Shown: in pieces, positions 12,777-25,400 of the stretch
Layout: every line of letters starts with the position of its first letter
Position numbering within the stretch: the first letter of the stretch is position 1
Assembly (NCBI RefSeq): GCF_009834535.1
Contig: NC_045696.1
Coordinates: forward strand, 61,072,001 to 61,136,000
Direction: 5' to 3'
Origin: Camelus ferus
Taxonomy: Eukaryota
Length of the DNA: 64,000 bases
The notes under the pieces: model-generated
The model's database searches: none
Told to the model about the DNA's origin: nothing
The model's input: only the letters and a program-made list of their open reading frames with translations
Program-made: the position numbers and the translations under genes

Positions 12777-13551
12777 CGCCTTCCTGACGCTCCTCCCCCA
12801 CCTGGTGCCAGCAGGGACCCTGGAGCTCTGCCACCCCTCCTGGGCCTCCTGGGGCCATGGTCACTGGGCCCAGTGGTTCCTGTGTCCCACTGCCATCCTG
12901 TGTGTTTCCGCATTGGTTCAACCAGAGGAAAATGGAAACCTGCAGTTGTCGTAAACACATTTAAGCGTGCATAGAATCAGCCATACAAAGTATAAAACAG
13001 AGATTTGGCTCATGGTGTTTACTGCTTTGTGATGGTTACAGTGAGTATAGCAAACATTTCTTGAGAGTAGAAAGTAAGAAGCTGGCACTCCTGTGGCTAA
13101 GTGATTCTTGCCTCTCTCCTCAATAATCCTTCCTGGGCTCCATCACACTGCGTGTAAGTCCCGAAGTAGCCTGACCTGAGCCCTGTGGCCTCTTATCCAT
13201 GCCCTCCTCTTCCCATGGTGACAGGAGAGGCAGTACTTCCTCTGGTGTGTGGGGAGTGTCCTCCCTGGGCCTCCTCGTGCGCAGGACTTCAAAGCACTAG
13301 GAAAGTAATGCCGGGGGCCTTTGGGTCTGCTGAGCCAATCCTTCCTTCCTAAACCTGCTCTTCCCCCTGCTCTGTGCATGGTGCCCTGTCCTCCATCCTC
13401 TTAGACTGCAGAATCTCAGGGTCATCTTCTACTTGTCTCTGCCCCTGGTCTTTTTCTGCAGGTGCCAGGTCTTTCTAGTTCTACTTCTCAACATGGTTCA
13501 CATCTGCCCCCTTTACAATCCTACTGCTGAAATCCTAGGCCATAGCCTCTT

Positions 13552-13700
13552 TTTGTTATTATTGTTGGATTTTTGGGGGTGGGGGTGGAATTAGGTTTAT
13601 TTATTTAATCATTATTATTTTTAATGGCGGTACTGGAGATTGAATCCAGGACCTCATGCATGCTAAGCACGCACTCTACCACTGAGCTATACCCTCCCCC
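13552..13700 (-). mobile_element. tRNA-derived SINE (camelid Vic-1-like)
   Basis: Reverse complement of GGGGAGGGTATAGCTCAGTGGTAGAG...; TSD gccata(g/a)cctctt. Confidence 0.85.
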
Positions 13701-14069
13701 GCCATAACCTCTTAATAGTCCTCTTGCCCTTACTGGTCTCTACCCACATTGTACCACAGTGTACTGCCCAAAGCAGAGCTCTGGTGTTGCCAGTTCCCCG
13801 CTCAGAAACCACCACTGCCTTCCCATTGTCTCTAGAATAAGACTAACTTCCCATGCATGGCAGGCAAAGTCCTCTACCACATGGCCCCAGGGCACATTTC
13901 TGGCCTTATCTCCTGCTAGTCCCCTTCCCACTCCTCTGTTACAACTGAGTGGAATGACCAGTTACCCCCACCCAAGCCTTGCTCTAGGCCTTTGCTAATC
14001 TGAACCCTGCTTTTAGTAAATGATAATAGCATAGGATGCCCTATGTCAGCACAGAGTCCAGTCATTAGC

Positions 14070-14575
14070 TAGTGGGTCTGTTTAAGCTTAGTCTCTCTGA
14101 AAGAAGAGCCTGAATAAGTTATTTAGGAACATAATCCTGAGGAGCTGGTGAGGGAAATGGGAAGTGGGAGGGAAGAAGGGAGAGCCAGCACAAAGAGGTG
14201 TTATGTAGTTGGCCCCTCCTATGGCTGATCGGTTGTTGAATCCTTGAGACCTTCTTTGATACTTGAGAAGCCTTATGAGATGTGTCTGAGAACCGTCTGT
14301 CCCAGGAATGAAATGGGCAGCATCTGTCCATGGGCTCCTATTCCTGGTGGCTTACAAGTCGCTCCACAGGAACTAATTCTCCCAGTTTTTTGCTGCTGTA
14401 TGTGAGGGCTGAGCAGCTCCCAGAAGTATCCCAAGACTTGGCATCAGGGAAACCCTGGGACAGAGGCCAGATGACACATGGCAAGGCCCTGCCTGGTCGC
14501 TCCTGGGACACTGGTCCCTGCAGCAGTACCTAGAGTAGGAGGCAAGGCCAAGAGAACTTGAAGTGGGGTACAAAA
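14070..14575. mobile_element. Old ERVL (LTR16-like) LTR remnant
   Basis: gaagagcctga..agttatttagga...gaagtgggagggaag pattern; recognised by eye only. Confidence 0.45.
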
Positions 14576-14729
14576 AGTGTCCGACCCACTGACATCTAGG
14601 AACACATGCTTTATCCCTTCAGTTCTTTCAGCCACAGATTTCTTTCCCTGCCCAGGGCCTTGCGAACTTAGATGATTCTCACCACATCTCCTAACCTACA
14701 CATTCTGTGTACACTCAACATTTTGAACC

Positions 14730-15166
14730 TGTGGGAACCCACTCAAATGCCCCAGAGTTGGTATAACGATTATTTTAAAGAGGAAACATTTGCCTACAGA
14801 AGATGCAGAAAGAAATGTTGTCTGAGCTTCCCCTACCTGACTAAAGCAGAGCCTTCTAAAAATACAGCTGCTATTAATCCCCCTCCAAGGGGTTTTCCAG
14901 CCAGTTAGCTGCCATGGAGACAGAGTGCCCAACAGAACCTTCCCTGCTTTCCCCACAGGAGCCTTAAGCCCCACCCCTTTGTTAAGTGTGGTATATAAAC
15001 CTTTGCCTCTGGTTATTCAGTGAGTTACTCATTACGGAACAACTCCCTGGTTCACATGTAAATCAACTTTATCTTTTCTCCTATTCATCTATCTTTTCTC
15101 AGTTAACTTGCAGGCTTCCAACCACTGGACCCAAGCTGAAAGAAGAAAAAGTTTTTCCTCCCAACG
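14730..15166 (+). mobile_element. ERV1 solo LTR (MER34/39-like)
   Basis: tgtgggaac ... gtttttcctcccaacg, TATATAA near 14992, 4-bp TSD AACC. Confidence 0.75.
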
Positions 15167-15419
15167 AACCCAGAACCGTGCTGTGGCCTGTGAAGCTAGG
15201 CTACATAGCTCAGTGATCTAGCAGAACCACAATGTTGTATTTCAAGGATATTTTACTGAGTTAACTCTTAGCAGCCCAGTGCTCGGGCTTTACTGGAGCC
15301 CTTGTCCTGAGTTGGATCCATCCATCCCTACAATGTGTGCTGGCTCATTGTGGGAGAGGGGAGTCTCAGTACTCTGACAAGAGAGCCAGACCCAAATGGC
15401 GCTGATGACAACTCTGTCT

Positions 15420-16212
15420 TTCCATTTGTTCAGGCTGAGAAGTCTAGTTTTCTTGACCTTTCTCTTCCTGTGACAGCCCACGTCAGTCTGGCAGGAAATC
15501 ATGTTGGCTCTGCTTTCAAAATATATTCAGAATCTGACCAACTCCCACTACCATGTCTGCTGCCACCATGGTCAGAGCCACCCTCATCTCTCACCTGGAC
15601 TAGGGCAAAATCCTCCTAACTCCCAGATTCTATTCCAGTTTCTATTCTAGTCCTTCCAAAACCTAAGTTACATCCCATCACTCCTCTGCTCAAACCTCCC
15701 CAGGGGTGGCTCCCACCTCACTCAGAGGCCCCCAGGGCCCTTTGTCATTTACACCCCAACGCCATGCTCCCCTGCCCCCCAGTTCTGCCCTCTCACATAG
15801 CTCCAGCTACATGGGCTCTTTGGTCCTTCTTGAACTTGGCCTTGCCTTTGGTCTCTGGATCTTTCTCTAGCAGTTCTGCTGCCTGGAGTGTTCCTCCCCA
15901 GGTATCCACATGGCTAACTTTCTCACCAGCTTGGAGTCATTGTTTAAATCCTGTGGTGCTATTTAATACAGCAACCTGCCCCTCACCTCTCCACACCACA
16001 CACCAGGTTCTTAATTGTTTTTGTTTCCCTTGTTTTCATAATATTCATCCCTATATAATTCACTTGTTGTGTTTATTGTTTGCCTTCTCTCTTCAATAAG
16101 AAGTTCGCTCCATGAGGTCAGGGATCTGTTTTACTCAGTGATGTATCCCAAGTGCCTGGAACCGTGTCTGGCATGTAGTAGGCACTCCATGGATGCTTGC
16201 TAAATTAATAAA
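15420..16212 (+). mobile_element. LINE-2 3' fragment
   Basis: ctccatgaggtcagggatctgtttt...gtgtctggcatgtagtaggcactc. Confidence 0.75.
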
Positions 16213-18364
16213 ACTAGCCTCCTATGCTCATTCAGGGTGAGAGCTGAGTTTGGCTGATCAAAATGGCCAGGAACTTTTTGGATAAGAGTATTATGGTCCA
16301 GGGCCAACAGTCATGTGCCCAGGCTTAGAAATTCTCCAGATACAGAGGAAGGTGGACTAGACAAAGTTCAGCAAAACCCAGGAAAGCATTCAGCCAGGCT
16401 TCCCTCCAGCAGGTTCCTGGTTAGATACCATCACAGTCAACTGGGCTAGAACTGAGCTGTTGATCACTTAGATGATGAAAAGAAAAAGGAAATGGAGAGG
16501 GGAAGTCCATGGGGGGGGGGGGGCTGGAGAGGGTGGGGGTGGTGAAAAGGGCACCTGAAGTACCTCTGTCGGTAGGTTAAGCCCCTGGCTGCTGGAATGA
16601 GGAAGTCCCTGTCTTAGCTGGGGTGGGGCAGACAGGTGGACCAGGAGGGGAAGAAGGTGGCAGAAAGGAGCTGCATTCTTTCTGGATTTCTCTTCTGTCT
16701 TCTCAGGTCACTCATTACTAGATGGGGTCAAACAGAATTCAGGTCATCGCTGTGGCCCTGGGGCCTCCCCTCCCCACCTAACACGCCCAAGGGGAAAAAT
16801 CCATGCTCCCATTTTACAACATGAAGGACTGAGGTTGAATGGGAGGTGGAAGGGCTCAGCCTGTCAGGAGTACTCTGCAGATTAGCAGTGTAGTTGCAAT
16901 TGAGGTCCAAGAGTTCTGACTCCAAGTGCTGGGTCGTGTCCCAGAGGGACCCCCTCAGCCCCTTCTCATACAGTCTTCCTTCCTCGATGCCCTGGAATGA
17001 CTCTCTTCTCCCTCCAGACTGCAGAGCCCTTTATCCCAACACAGGGTGAAGTTCTAGAAGACAGTGTCTCACACCAAATGTAGGACCTCAGACTTCATGG
17101 CCAACAGGACCTCAGAGGCCTTATTGACAGGGGCCCAGAGAAGGCAAATAACTTTTCCAAGATTACACAGCTCCTGGGCTACCATTAAGGAAGAAGCTGG
17201 AAACAGAAACTAGACCTTTTGATTCCACATTAAAGTACATTCCAGCCATGAAATTTTGTGATTTCTTGACGCTGGTCCAACAAGCTTTCCTCTACTCTAG
17301 AGCTGCTTTCATCACAAAACTCTTGCCCTGAAATTCCCAAGGTACTTTGTCAGGTCACTGGCTGTGGCCATACAGCTTATGGCCTTGGAACTTTGAGAGG
17401 ATAAGATTCTTCGGCAGAGCATTTGGAAATATATTCTGCAGCCTCATTGACTCCTTGTGGCCAAATCCCCAAGTCACCCTCACACTTCCCTCCTCCCAGG
17501 CCCTGGAACTCAGATCATCACCTTTCCCTTTCCCTTCTTCCAGCCAGATTCTTCCCCACCCCGCACCTCCAGTCTGGCCCGGGACATGGTCCTGGCTCTG
17601 GCTGGGATGCAGGATCAGAGGATGTGAAGACAGAAGGATGTTAAGGATCAGTCCTGCCCTACACTGGAGAGTCGTCTCCTCCAGACCTCAGGGGGCTGTT
17701 TTTTCTCTCTATTGCTTGAGGATCAGAGTGGATGTCAGGGCTCTCACTCACTTACTGAACACCTGAGATGTATATGTTCTCGGTGAGCACCGAGTATGTA
17801 GCAGACACTATGTTAGAGCCTTACTATCTCATGTGATCTCACATAACAGCCCAGTGAAGTAAGGATTATGCCCATTTTACAGATCAAGAGGTTGAGGTTC
17901 TGAAAATTCTTTAATTTGCCCTAGATTATAGAGCTAATAAAGTCTAAGATTAGGAATAAAACCCAGATCTCTCTAACTAAAATCCCAAACCCCAAGCACA
18001 AGGGGATAGGGCAGGGGGGAGAGGTTGTGGGAAGGGGGAAATGTGTGTAAAACAACATCTTCCACAGCCTCCTTGGCTGCAGGACCCAGGGGGTGAATAT
18101 CAGTATGGAAATACCATATCTTCAAATCAAACTTCAGAGAGGAGAGGTCAGTGGGCAAGGGCGGGCAGGAGGGTTAGCTTGTTGACAACTCTGTCACACA
18201 ACCTGCCAGCTCTCAGCATGTGCACTTGGCTGCATCCTGGAAACTACCCAGTCACACCTAGGCAGGTGGCCCGCCCCTGCTCCCCGGGTTGAGGAAGCAG
18301 GAAAGGTGGCAGTGAGAGGCAGTGGCAGGTCTGCTGGGCAGTGGTGGCCGGAGCCCCAGCCAGG

Positions 18365-18440
18365 ATGGGCTCTTTCTGGGGCCTGACTCTGCCCCTTTTC
18401 TTCTTCTACTTGGGGGCTGGGGCCCCCAGGAGCTCTGCAG
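18365..18440 (+). CDS. MUC20: MUC20 exon 1, signal peptide
   Basis: MGSFWGLTLPLFFFYLGAGAPRSSA G|gtaagg. Confidence 0.92.
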
Positions 18441-19411
18441 GTAAGGAGGTGAGAGGAGGCCTGTGCACTTCTCTCCGGACAGGGCTCTGGGTGGGAGTTA
18501 CTGTACTGCAGCCCTTTGTGGGTGAGGGTAGCTCTCTTGGGTTAATTACAATCAACCCTAAAGCCATATGTGGAGTATTACTGTGGTTGATAAAGAGTAC
18601 GCGGGTAGCAATGGGTCAGCTTAAGCATGTATGACCTGCAGTCCATACAAATGATGTCATTGTGAAGTTGCTGTAGGTTTGTCTTTATGCCCGTAGGGGT
18701 GTGAATACTTAGAGCAGGGAGAGTGCGGGGGAGCAGGGAAGTGCAGGCTAGTGATAAAAATCTGAATAAAGCCAAAGAATATGGCTTGATGAGATTCTTT
18801 CTCCTCCGAGTTTATTTTCTAGCACGGATTTCCTTTAAAAAACAGTTTTTGTGTGAAAAGTGTTACTGTAACAGACTGTTTGCGGAGAGTGAATCCTGAG
18901 AGAGGCAAGGCTTTTATGAGAGAGGAGAGCGAACATTGATCTGTAACAGGAACTGTGCTGAACTTATCACATGCATTATCTTTTTTAAAAAGAGACTTAA
19001 TTTTATAGAGAAGTTTTAGGTTCACAGCAAAACTGAGCAGAGAGTACAGAGATTTCCTATGTACCCTCTGCCCACCCCTCACAGCCTCCTCCACTGTTAA
19101 CATTCCTCACTAGGGAGGTACACATGTTACAAACAAGGAAACTACACTTTCAAATCATTCTCATGCATCATCTTTTTTTTTAAAGGCTTTATTTTTTAAG
19201 AGCAATTTTAGCTTCACAGCAAAATTGAGAGTAAAGTGCAAAGATTTCCCATATACTCCCATCACTGTCCTTTTAATCCTCACAATTACCCTGTGAGATG
19301 GATACAATTTTCATTCTTACCCTCCCCACGCCCCCACCCGTTCCCAAGGTGAGCAGACCGAGGCTTCTTACCAAGATTAAGTAATTTATCTGCAGAGCCA
19401 GGATTTTATTC

Positions 19412-19456
<45 letters not shown>

Positions 19457-22400
19457 CTAACCATTGGACCACACTGCCTCCAGCATGCACTCATGCTCTG
19501 CCAGGCTTGTGCTGCACACTTAACATTTAATTTAATGCAATGTTCACTACCCTATAAAATAGGGGTACCGTTTTACAGATGAGGAAATGCAGGCTTGGAG
19601 CCAGGAGACTTGGTGGGGTCACAAGGTTGATAAGCAGCAGAGCAAGCAGCAGAGAGGGGATTCAAACTCAAGGTCCAAAGTCCACATGCTTTCCTCCGCA
19701 CCAGTTTGATCTGAGGAATGGGTCAGGAGAGCTGCAACATTCTAGAGCTGTAGAGGGCCAGGTGGGCTTTGCTTTGTTTGAGAAGACCCCTGATGGGTAA
19801 GAGACTTAGCTATGAGAATGCAGGAGATGAAGGGGCTATGGGTTTAGGAAGCATGAGGTTTCACAGCAGGATAACACCACCAGGCTCTCAGGAAGGGAAG
19901 AAAATGTGGCAGGAGGGGTCAGTGGACAGAACCCACAGTTTGGGCTTCTGGCTGTGTGGGCTGACAGAAAGGCTCTGCCTCCATCTGTGGGGACTGTGGA
20001 GGCCCAGAGAAATAACTCAGGCTTTGAAGTGGGGAGAAGGAAGTCTATTCCCGTAAAAGTGTGATTTGTGTGTGTAGATGCCATGACCCACCTAATACGC
20101 CTGTGGGTACAGCCTGAAACTCAGGCTGTGTTAAAGTAGGTGTGTGCTCTCAAGTGACTCCTTGAGTGGACGTGGTCAGAGAGGGATGCTTAGTAACCAC
20201 CTGCAGGCTCTGGAGCTTCCTGATTCCCCTTCTCTGGCCCTTACCACCTGGCAAAGCAGGTATTGTGACCCTCTTTCAAAAGGGAAGAAATGGAGGCTTG
20301 GGGATGTCTACTGCTGGCTTTGCTGGTAGGAGACAGAGTCAGGATTTGAACCAGTAAATCATCAGACTCCAGAGTTGGTAAGCAACAGATGTGGAGCTGG
20401 AACCCAGTCTTTTGCCTCCTGGCCCAGTGCTCCTTCATCATTCAGTAGGAGACACAGGAGGACAAGCTGAGGACCAGTCCTGACACCCTGGGTAGAGGTG
20501 ACCTCGTGGTCCTGAGCTTCCTCTGGGTTCTTGGGTTCTTTTGAGCCAGTAGATTTCAGGAAAGGCCATCCTACACCATCAGAACCCTGAAAAAGGGGGC
20601 TTATATTTTGATCTTTTCCTTCCAAGAGTAGGGTTACTAGATGAAAGACAAGCCTTCCACTTAAATTTGAATTTCAGTAATGAAGTATTTAAACTGTAAG
20701 TATGTCTCAAATATTACATAAGAAATACACATACTAAAAATTATTTGTCATTAAAATAATTCCTTGTTTATCTGAAATTCAAATTCAAATTTAACTGGGC
20801 ATCATGTATTTTTATTTGCTAAAATGGCAACACTTCTCAAGAGGCACCTTGGCTCACTTACAGAGAGAGCTCTTCCCCCTTGGTAGACAGGAGAGGCACT
20901 CTTGTCAGCCCATAAAGGATCCTGCTGTAGCCTCCCTGCCCCAGGCAGTGAGTACCTGCTGGCCCTCCAGTCACACAGCCTCAGATGGTTGGCCAAGCAA
21001 GCAGAGATGTTCTGTCCTATGGAGAAACACTAGCGGCATCTCTCTAAAAGTGCAGTTTTGCCTCACCTGGCTCTCTGTTACCTGTGGAAGATGCCTGGTA
21101 TGTCGTTTCTGTCGTGCTGGGGTCTCATCCCTGTCGTCTCAGTCCCCCATTCAGGAGAGGCTTGAGCAGGGGTGGGGAGCTTGCCTTTTTCCTTTGCTGG
21201 AGCCCCAGGGACTCTGCCTGCTCCCCTCTTTTGTGGCAGCCACCATCCACACTGTCTTGGAGTTTCCTCTCCCCCAGTCCCCCCAGCTACCTCTAATAAA
21301 CACAAAAGCACAGGTGTTTCTTGTGTTTGAAGGGTTTTTACTTCCATGAGGAAACATTCACTGGATGAGGAAAGAATTGATAGAAAAGTGACAAGGATTC
21401 TTTCAGAAAGTTCCGAGAGTTATGGTGGCTGCTCCACAGTCTTGGCTCACTTGGACTTCTACCTTCTTTGTTCCCCCTTGAAGCTGGATCCTGGCCTCAC
21501 ACATTTGCTCTGATGACTTCAGGCTAATAATCAACTAGATTCTGGGGCTTGCTTGCCTCAAGTGGGCCATCAGAGGACATCCGTCAGGGTGATTCCAGTT
21601 CCGCGGCTGCCACGTGGGACTGGGCTTCCTGACAGTGCTTCCTTCTTCCTTGAATATATAGAAAAAAAGAGGGTAAAACATCCCCCCTCCCCACCCTAAT
21701 CCCAGCAGTGCCCAGGGCATAAACACAAGAGCTTGTGTGAAGGCCGTGCCTGGGACTCACAGCTCACAAAGTTGGTCTTACCCAACACAGGCCCCAGTAC
21801 CAGTGGATCAGGCCACACAGAGGTTCCTGCTGTGACTTCGGGGAGCAGGACAAGCTCTGAAGGAGTCTTCTGGACCACTGACCTCACTAAGACCTCTGAT
21901 AGAACCTTAATCCCAGACAGCATCATTTCGGAAGCAGAGACCAGGGAAACTGAGACCATTTTTCCTGCAACACAGATCAGGGCCCTCATAAAAAGAACGC
22001 TTTCCAAGTCTACGGTTGTGATCACTACTCCTGTGGAAACATCAGCCACAAGCGGCAGCCCCACAGGAAGTGGAGTGACTGCAGCTGAGACTGTTACATG
22101 CGATCATCTCTTGAAAGCCATCTTTGACATGCCTTTGCACCTTTGACAGCTCTGAAGAGGCAAAGAGAGTCATGGTTAATGTCTTGACATGGGCGCACAC
22201 CTCCGCAGAAGCCGAGGCCCTGTCCTCGGAGAGCAGTGCCTCTTCTGACAGCTCAGCTTCAGCCTTCACCTCCTTCCAAGGCCTGTCCCCTGACATCACT
22301 GCTCTGGCTAAAGCCTTGGCTGCCAACAACATCACCAACATCGAGGTTACCAACTGCAGCGTTCTAGATATAGAAACAACTGCCCCCGTCCCTAGGACTT

Positions 22401-25400
22401 CAGATGTGGATCACAGCCCCACGGGAGGAAAGGCCCTGTTTGCCCCTGAGACGTCAGCTTTGCTTGACTCCACTGAAGCAAGATCACACCTCCCCAGGAC
22501 CACAACCTCTGCTAAGGTCTTGTCAGCAGCCAGTGCCACAGCATCAGCCACACCTGATGTCACATCCACCATCGATAGCACCGCAGAAGTTGAAACAACA
22601 GCAGCCAAGGCCACCACCCCCAGTGGAAACTTGGTGACAGTCAGCATGAACCCCTTAGAAGAAAACTCAGTGCTCTCTGTTGAGACAACAAGCCACACGG
22701 AGGACTCAGGAGCAGTTACAATCTCCAAAGGGGCTGGGTCAACAGTGGGCAAAGTGACTTCCCCAGCTAGGTTCTCAGCCACAGTCTACAGCCTCTCGGA
22801 AGTAGCCACTATCGTGAGCTCCACCCTCTCAGAGCCTTCTACAACAGACAGCACATTTAGTGGGACTGTTCCCATCAGCAAGAGCCCTCTTCCTTCTGTC
22901 CATCTGACTACGGCCAGCAGCAGCCAAGAAAAAAGCACCACCTTAGCTAAGACCACAGCCTCAGTGAAGACTTTGAAGACAACCAGCACAGCTCAGGGGA
23001 AGCCCTCAGCAGCCATGCCCACCACTGCTCAGACAAGGTGGACAGATGTCACTGCAGGTAAGTGGCTCCTCCATGTGTGATCTGTGGGGATTTGGGGTTT
23101 GGAGTCTCCAAGATGTCTGTATGTTTAAGGAGCAGGGAGAAAGGAAGGACTGAGAGGCCTATTCTGAGTCCTGTCTTTAATGCTGCTTCTTTATGATCTC
23201 CTAAGTGCTTCTTACCAAAATCAGAAACAAGCAGGGCTAAGGTGGTGGATGGAAGAATTCAGTGTTGGCAGTGTGGAGAAATGGTTTGTGACCTTGTCTC
23301 AGCCCTTAACCACCTGAGTGACCTATGACAGATCCCTCTCCCTCTCTGGGCCTCAGTTTCTCCACGAGTAGCTGGAGGGGGTTGCAATGAGGTCCTTTCC
23401 AGCTCTGCCCTTCTACGAGCATAACTGTTGAGTAGCTATTGGGTACCAGGCAAGGACACAGATTTTATTTAAGACACAGCTCTCATGCTCTGAAAGTCTC
23501 TGGTTCAGCCAGAAGTGCTCAGAAGGTACCATATGGGCAACTGGTCCCAGTTGCTGCCCTCCGAGCAGCCGGGACCTCTTGGAAGTGGAGCTCGCTGGAT
23601 GCACATGTTGGGATTGGTGCCATAGATGGTGATTTAAACTAAATAAATTAATTGGGTAAAAGTTGGGGAATTTAAAGTCACATCTCTGAGAAAACAGATA
23701 CTTCTCAGGGCAGAAGTCCCTTGTCAGAGGCTGCTTGGTCAGGCCAGCTCTTAGTCAGCCTGTAGCCTTCACTTCCACTTCCAGTCACTCTGTCCTCATG
23801 TCTCATCCCCACGGTATCCTCAGCTTGCCCTATCTTTCTGAGTAGGTGAAATAATATTAATCACAACCGCTTTATTGAATATCTTGCATTTCAGGCAGAG
23901 ATGGTATAAAAGTATTTCACAACCAGTAAACATTGGCACCAGCTGAACGTTCTCTCTGATGTCAGGCAGTGTACTATGAGTTTGCATGTTATCTCTTCTA
24001 ATTAAGCCTTTGAAACCACTGTTTGAGGTGGGTATTCACCCCATCTGACAGATGAGGAAACAGATTTAAAGACGGTAAAAAGGTAGCAGTGAGATTCCAA
24101 ATGAAAGTCTGATTCCAAGACTCATAGTCTCCCACTGTGCTTTTACTTGTAAAAGCTCAATTTATTGGGGGAAGGGTATAGCTCAGTGGTAGAGTGTGTG
24201 CTTAGCATACACGAGGTCCTGGTGTCAATCCCCAGTACCTCCATTAAAAACTTTTTTTTAATAAATAAATAAACCTAATTACCTCCCACCACCTAAAAAC
24301 AGAAAAACAACAAACATGGACACTTCCTAAAAAAAAAAGTCAATTTATTAATATATATATTTTAAATGCTTTATTATTTATTGATTAGATGATATACTCA
24401 CATGATTTAAAATTCAGTAAGTGTAAAAGGGTACATACACCATGAAATGTCTTTCTTCTACGCTGTCCCCCAAGTAGCCAGTTTTCCTTGCACACGTAAC
24501 CGATGGCATCACTTTCTTGTGACTCCTCTTCTGTACGTGAAATATGTATATGGAAGCATAAAGAAGAAATCTATATCTATATAATATAGATAGTATCTTT
24601 CCTCTTCCTTTTTATGCAAGGGGAATGTGTGATAAACACAGATCTGCTTCTAGTATTCCATTTTGCTTTGCCATATTTTACTTAACCAGTCCTTTATGGA
24701 TGGACATTTTGGTTCTTTCCAGTATTTTGTTATGACAAATAGTGCTTCAGCAAATCTTACATTTTTCACATATGTTATTTTCTGTAGAATAAACTTCTAG
24801 ATGTGCAGTTGCTGGATCAATTCTAATAGTAATCTGATAGGATGAAACAACTACAGGGTGGCAGGTAAAGGCAGGAAGATCAGGGCTTAACAAAAGACAG
24901 AAGTTGCCTACCAAGCTGCTAAGTCAGGAAGGCTGAATTGAAAGCCCTCCACCAGCTTAGAGCTGGACGAATCAGCCGAGCCCATCCCCTCAGAGAGCCG
25001 GCCTCTCTGCAGCATTCTCTCAGGCTGGCCCCTTCCCTGACAGCCCCATTCAGGGCCTCCAGGCCTTGAGAACATTCTAGATCCACTTTCATTTCTCCTT
25101 CCTCACAGCGTTCTTTTGACTTCTCCAAGTGTGGATTGGGTCTTTAGCCATTTCCTTCATTATTGCTGGGAAGACACATCCAATTATTGGAGAGAAGAAA
25201 TCCTCTTTCTCTTTGTGGTGAGTAGCTGTAAAATCCTGTGTGAACACAGACACATTAACCCATGTATGCAAAAGGGGGACAGAAGCTGGGTAGCAGAGTT
25301 CACATCTTTTTTTTTTAATGGGGGTACTGGGAATTGAGCCCAGGACCTTGTGCATGCCAAGCATGTGCTCTACCACTGGATATACCCTCCCCCAGACCCC

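Noticed and set aside
21696..22989. Minus-strand ORFs over MUC20 exon 2
   Set aside because: Antisense shadows of the Ser/Thr-rich exon.
24167..24245. Possible tRNA gene (also near 13630 and 25320)
   Set aside because: A-rich tails and TSDs show these are SINE heads.
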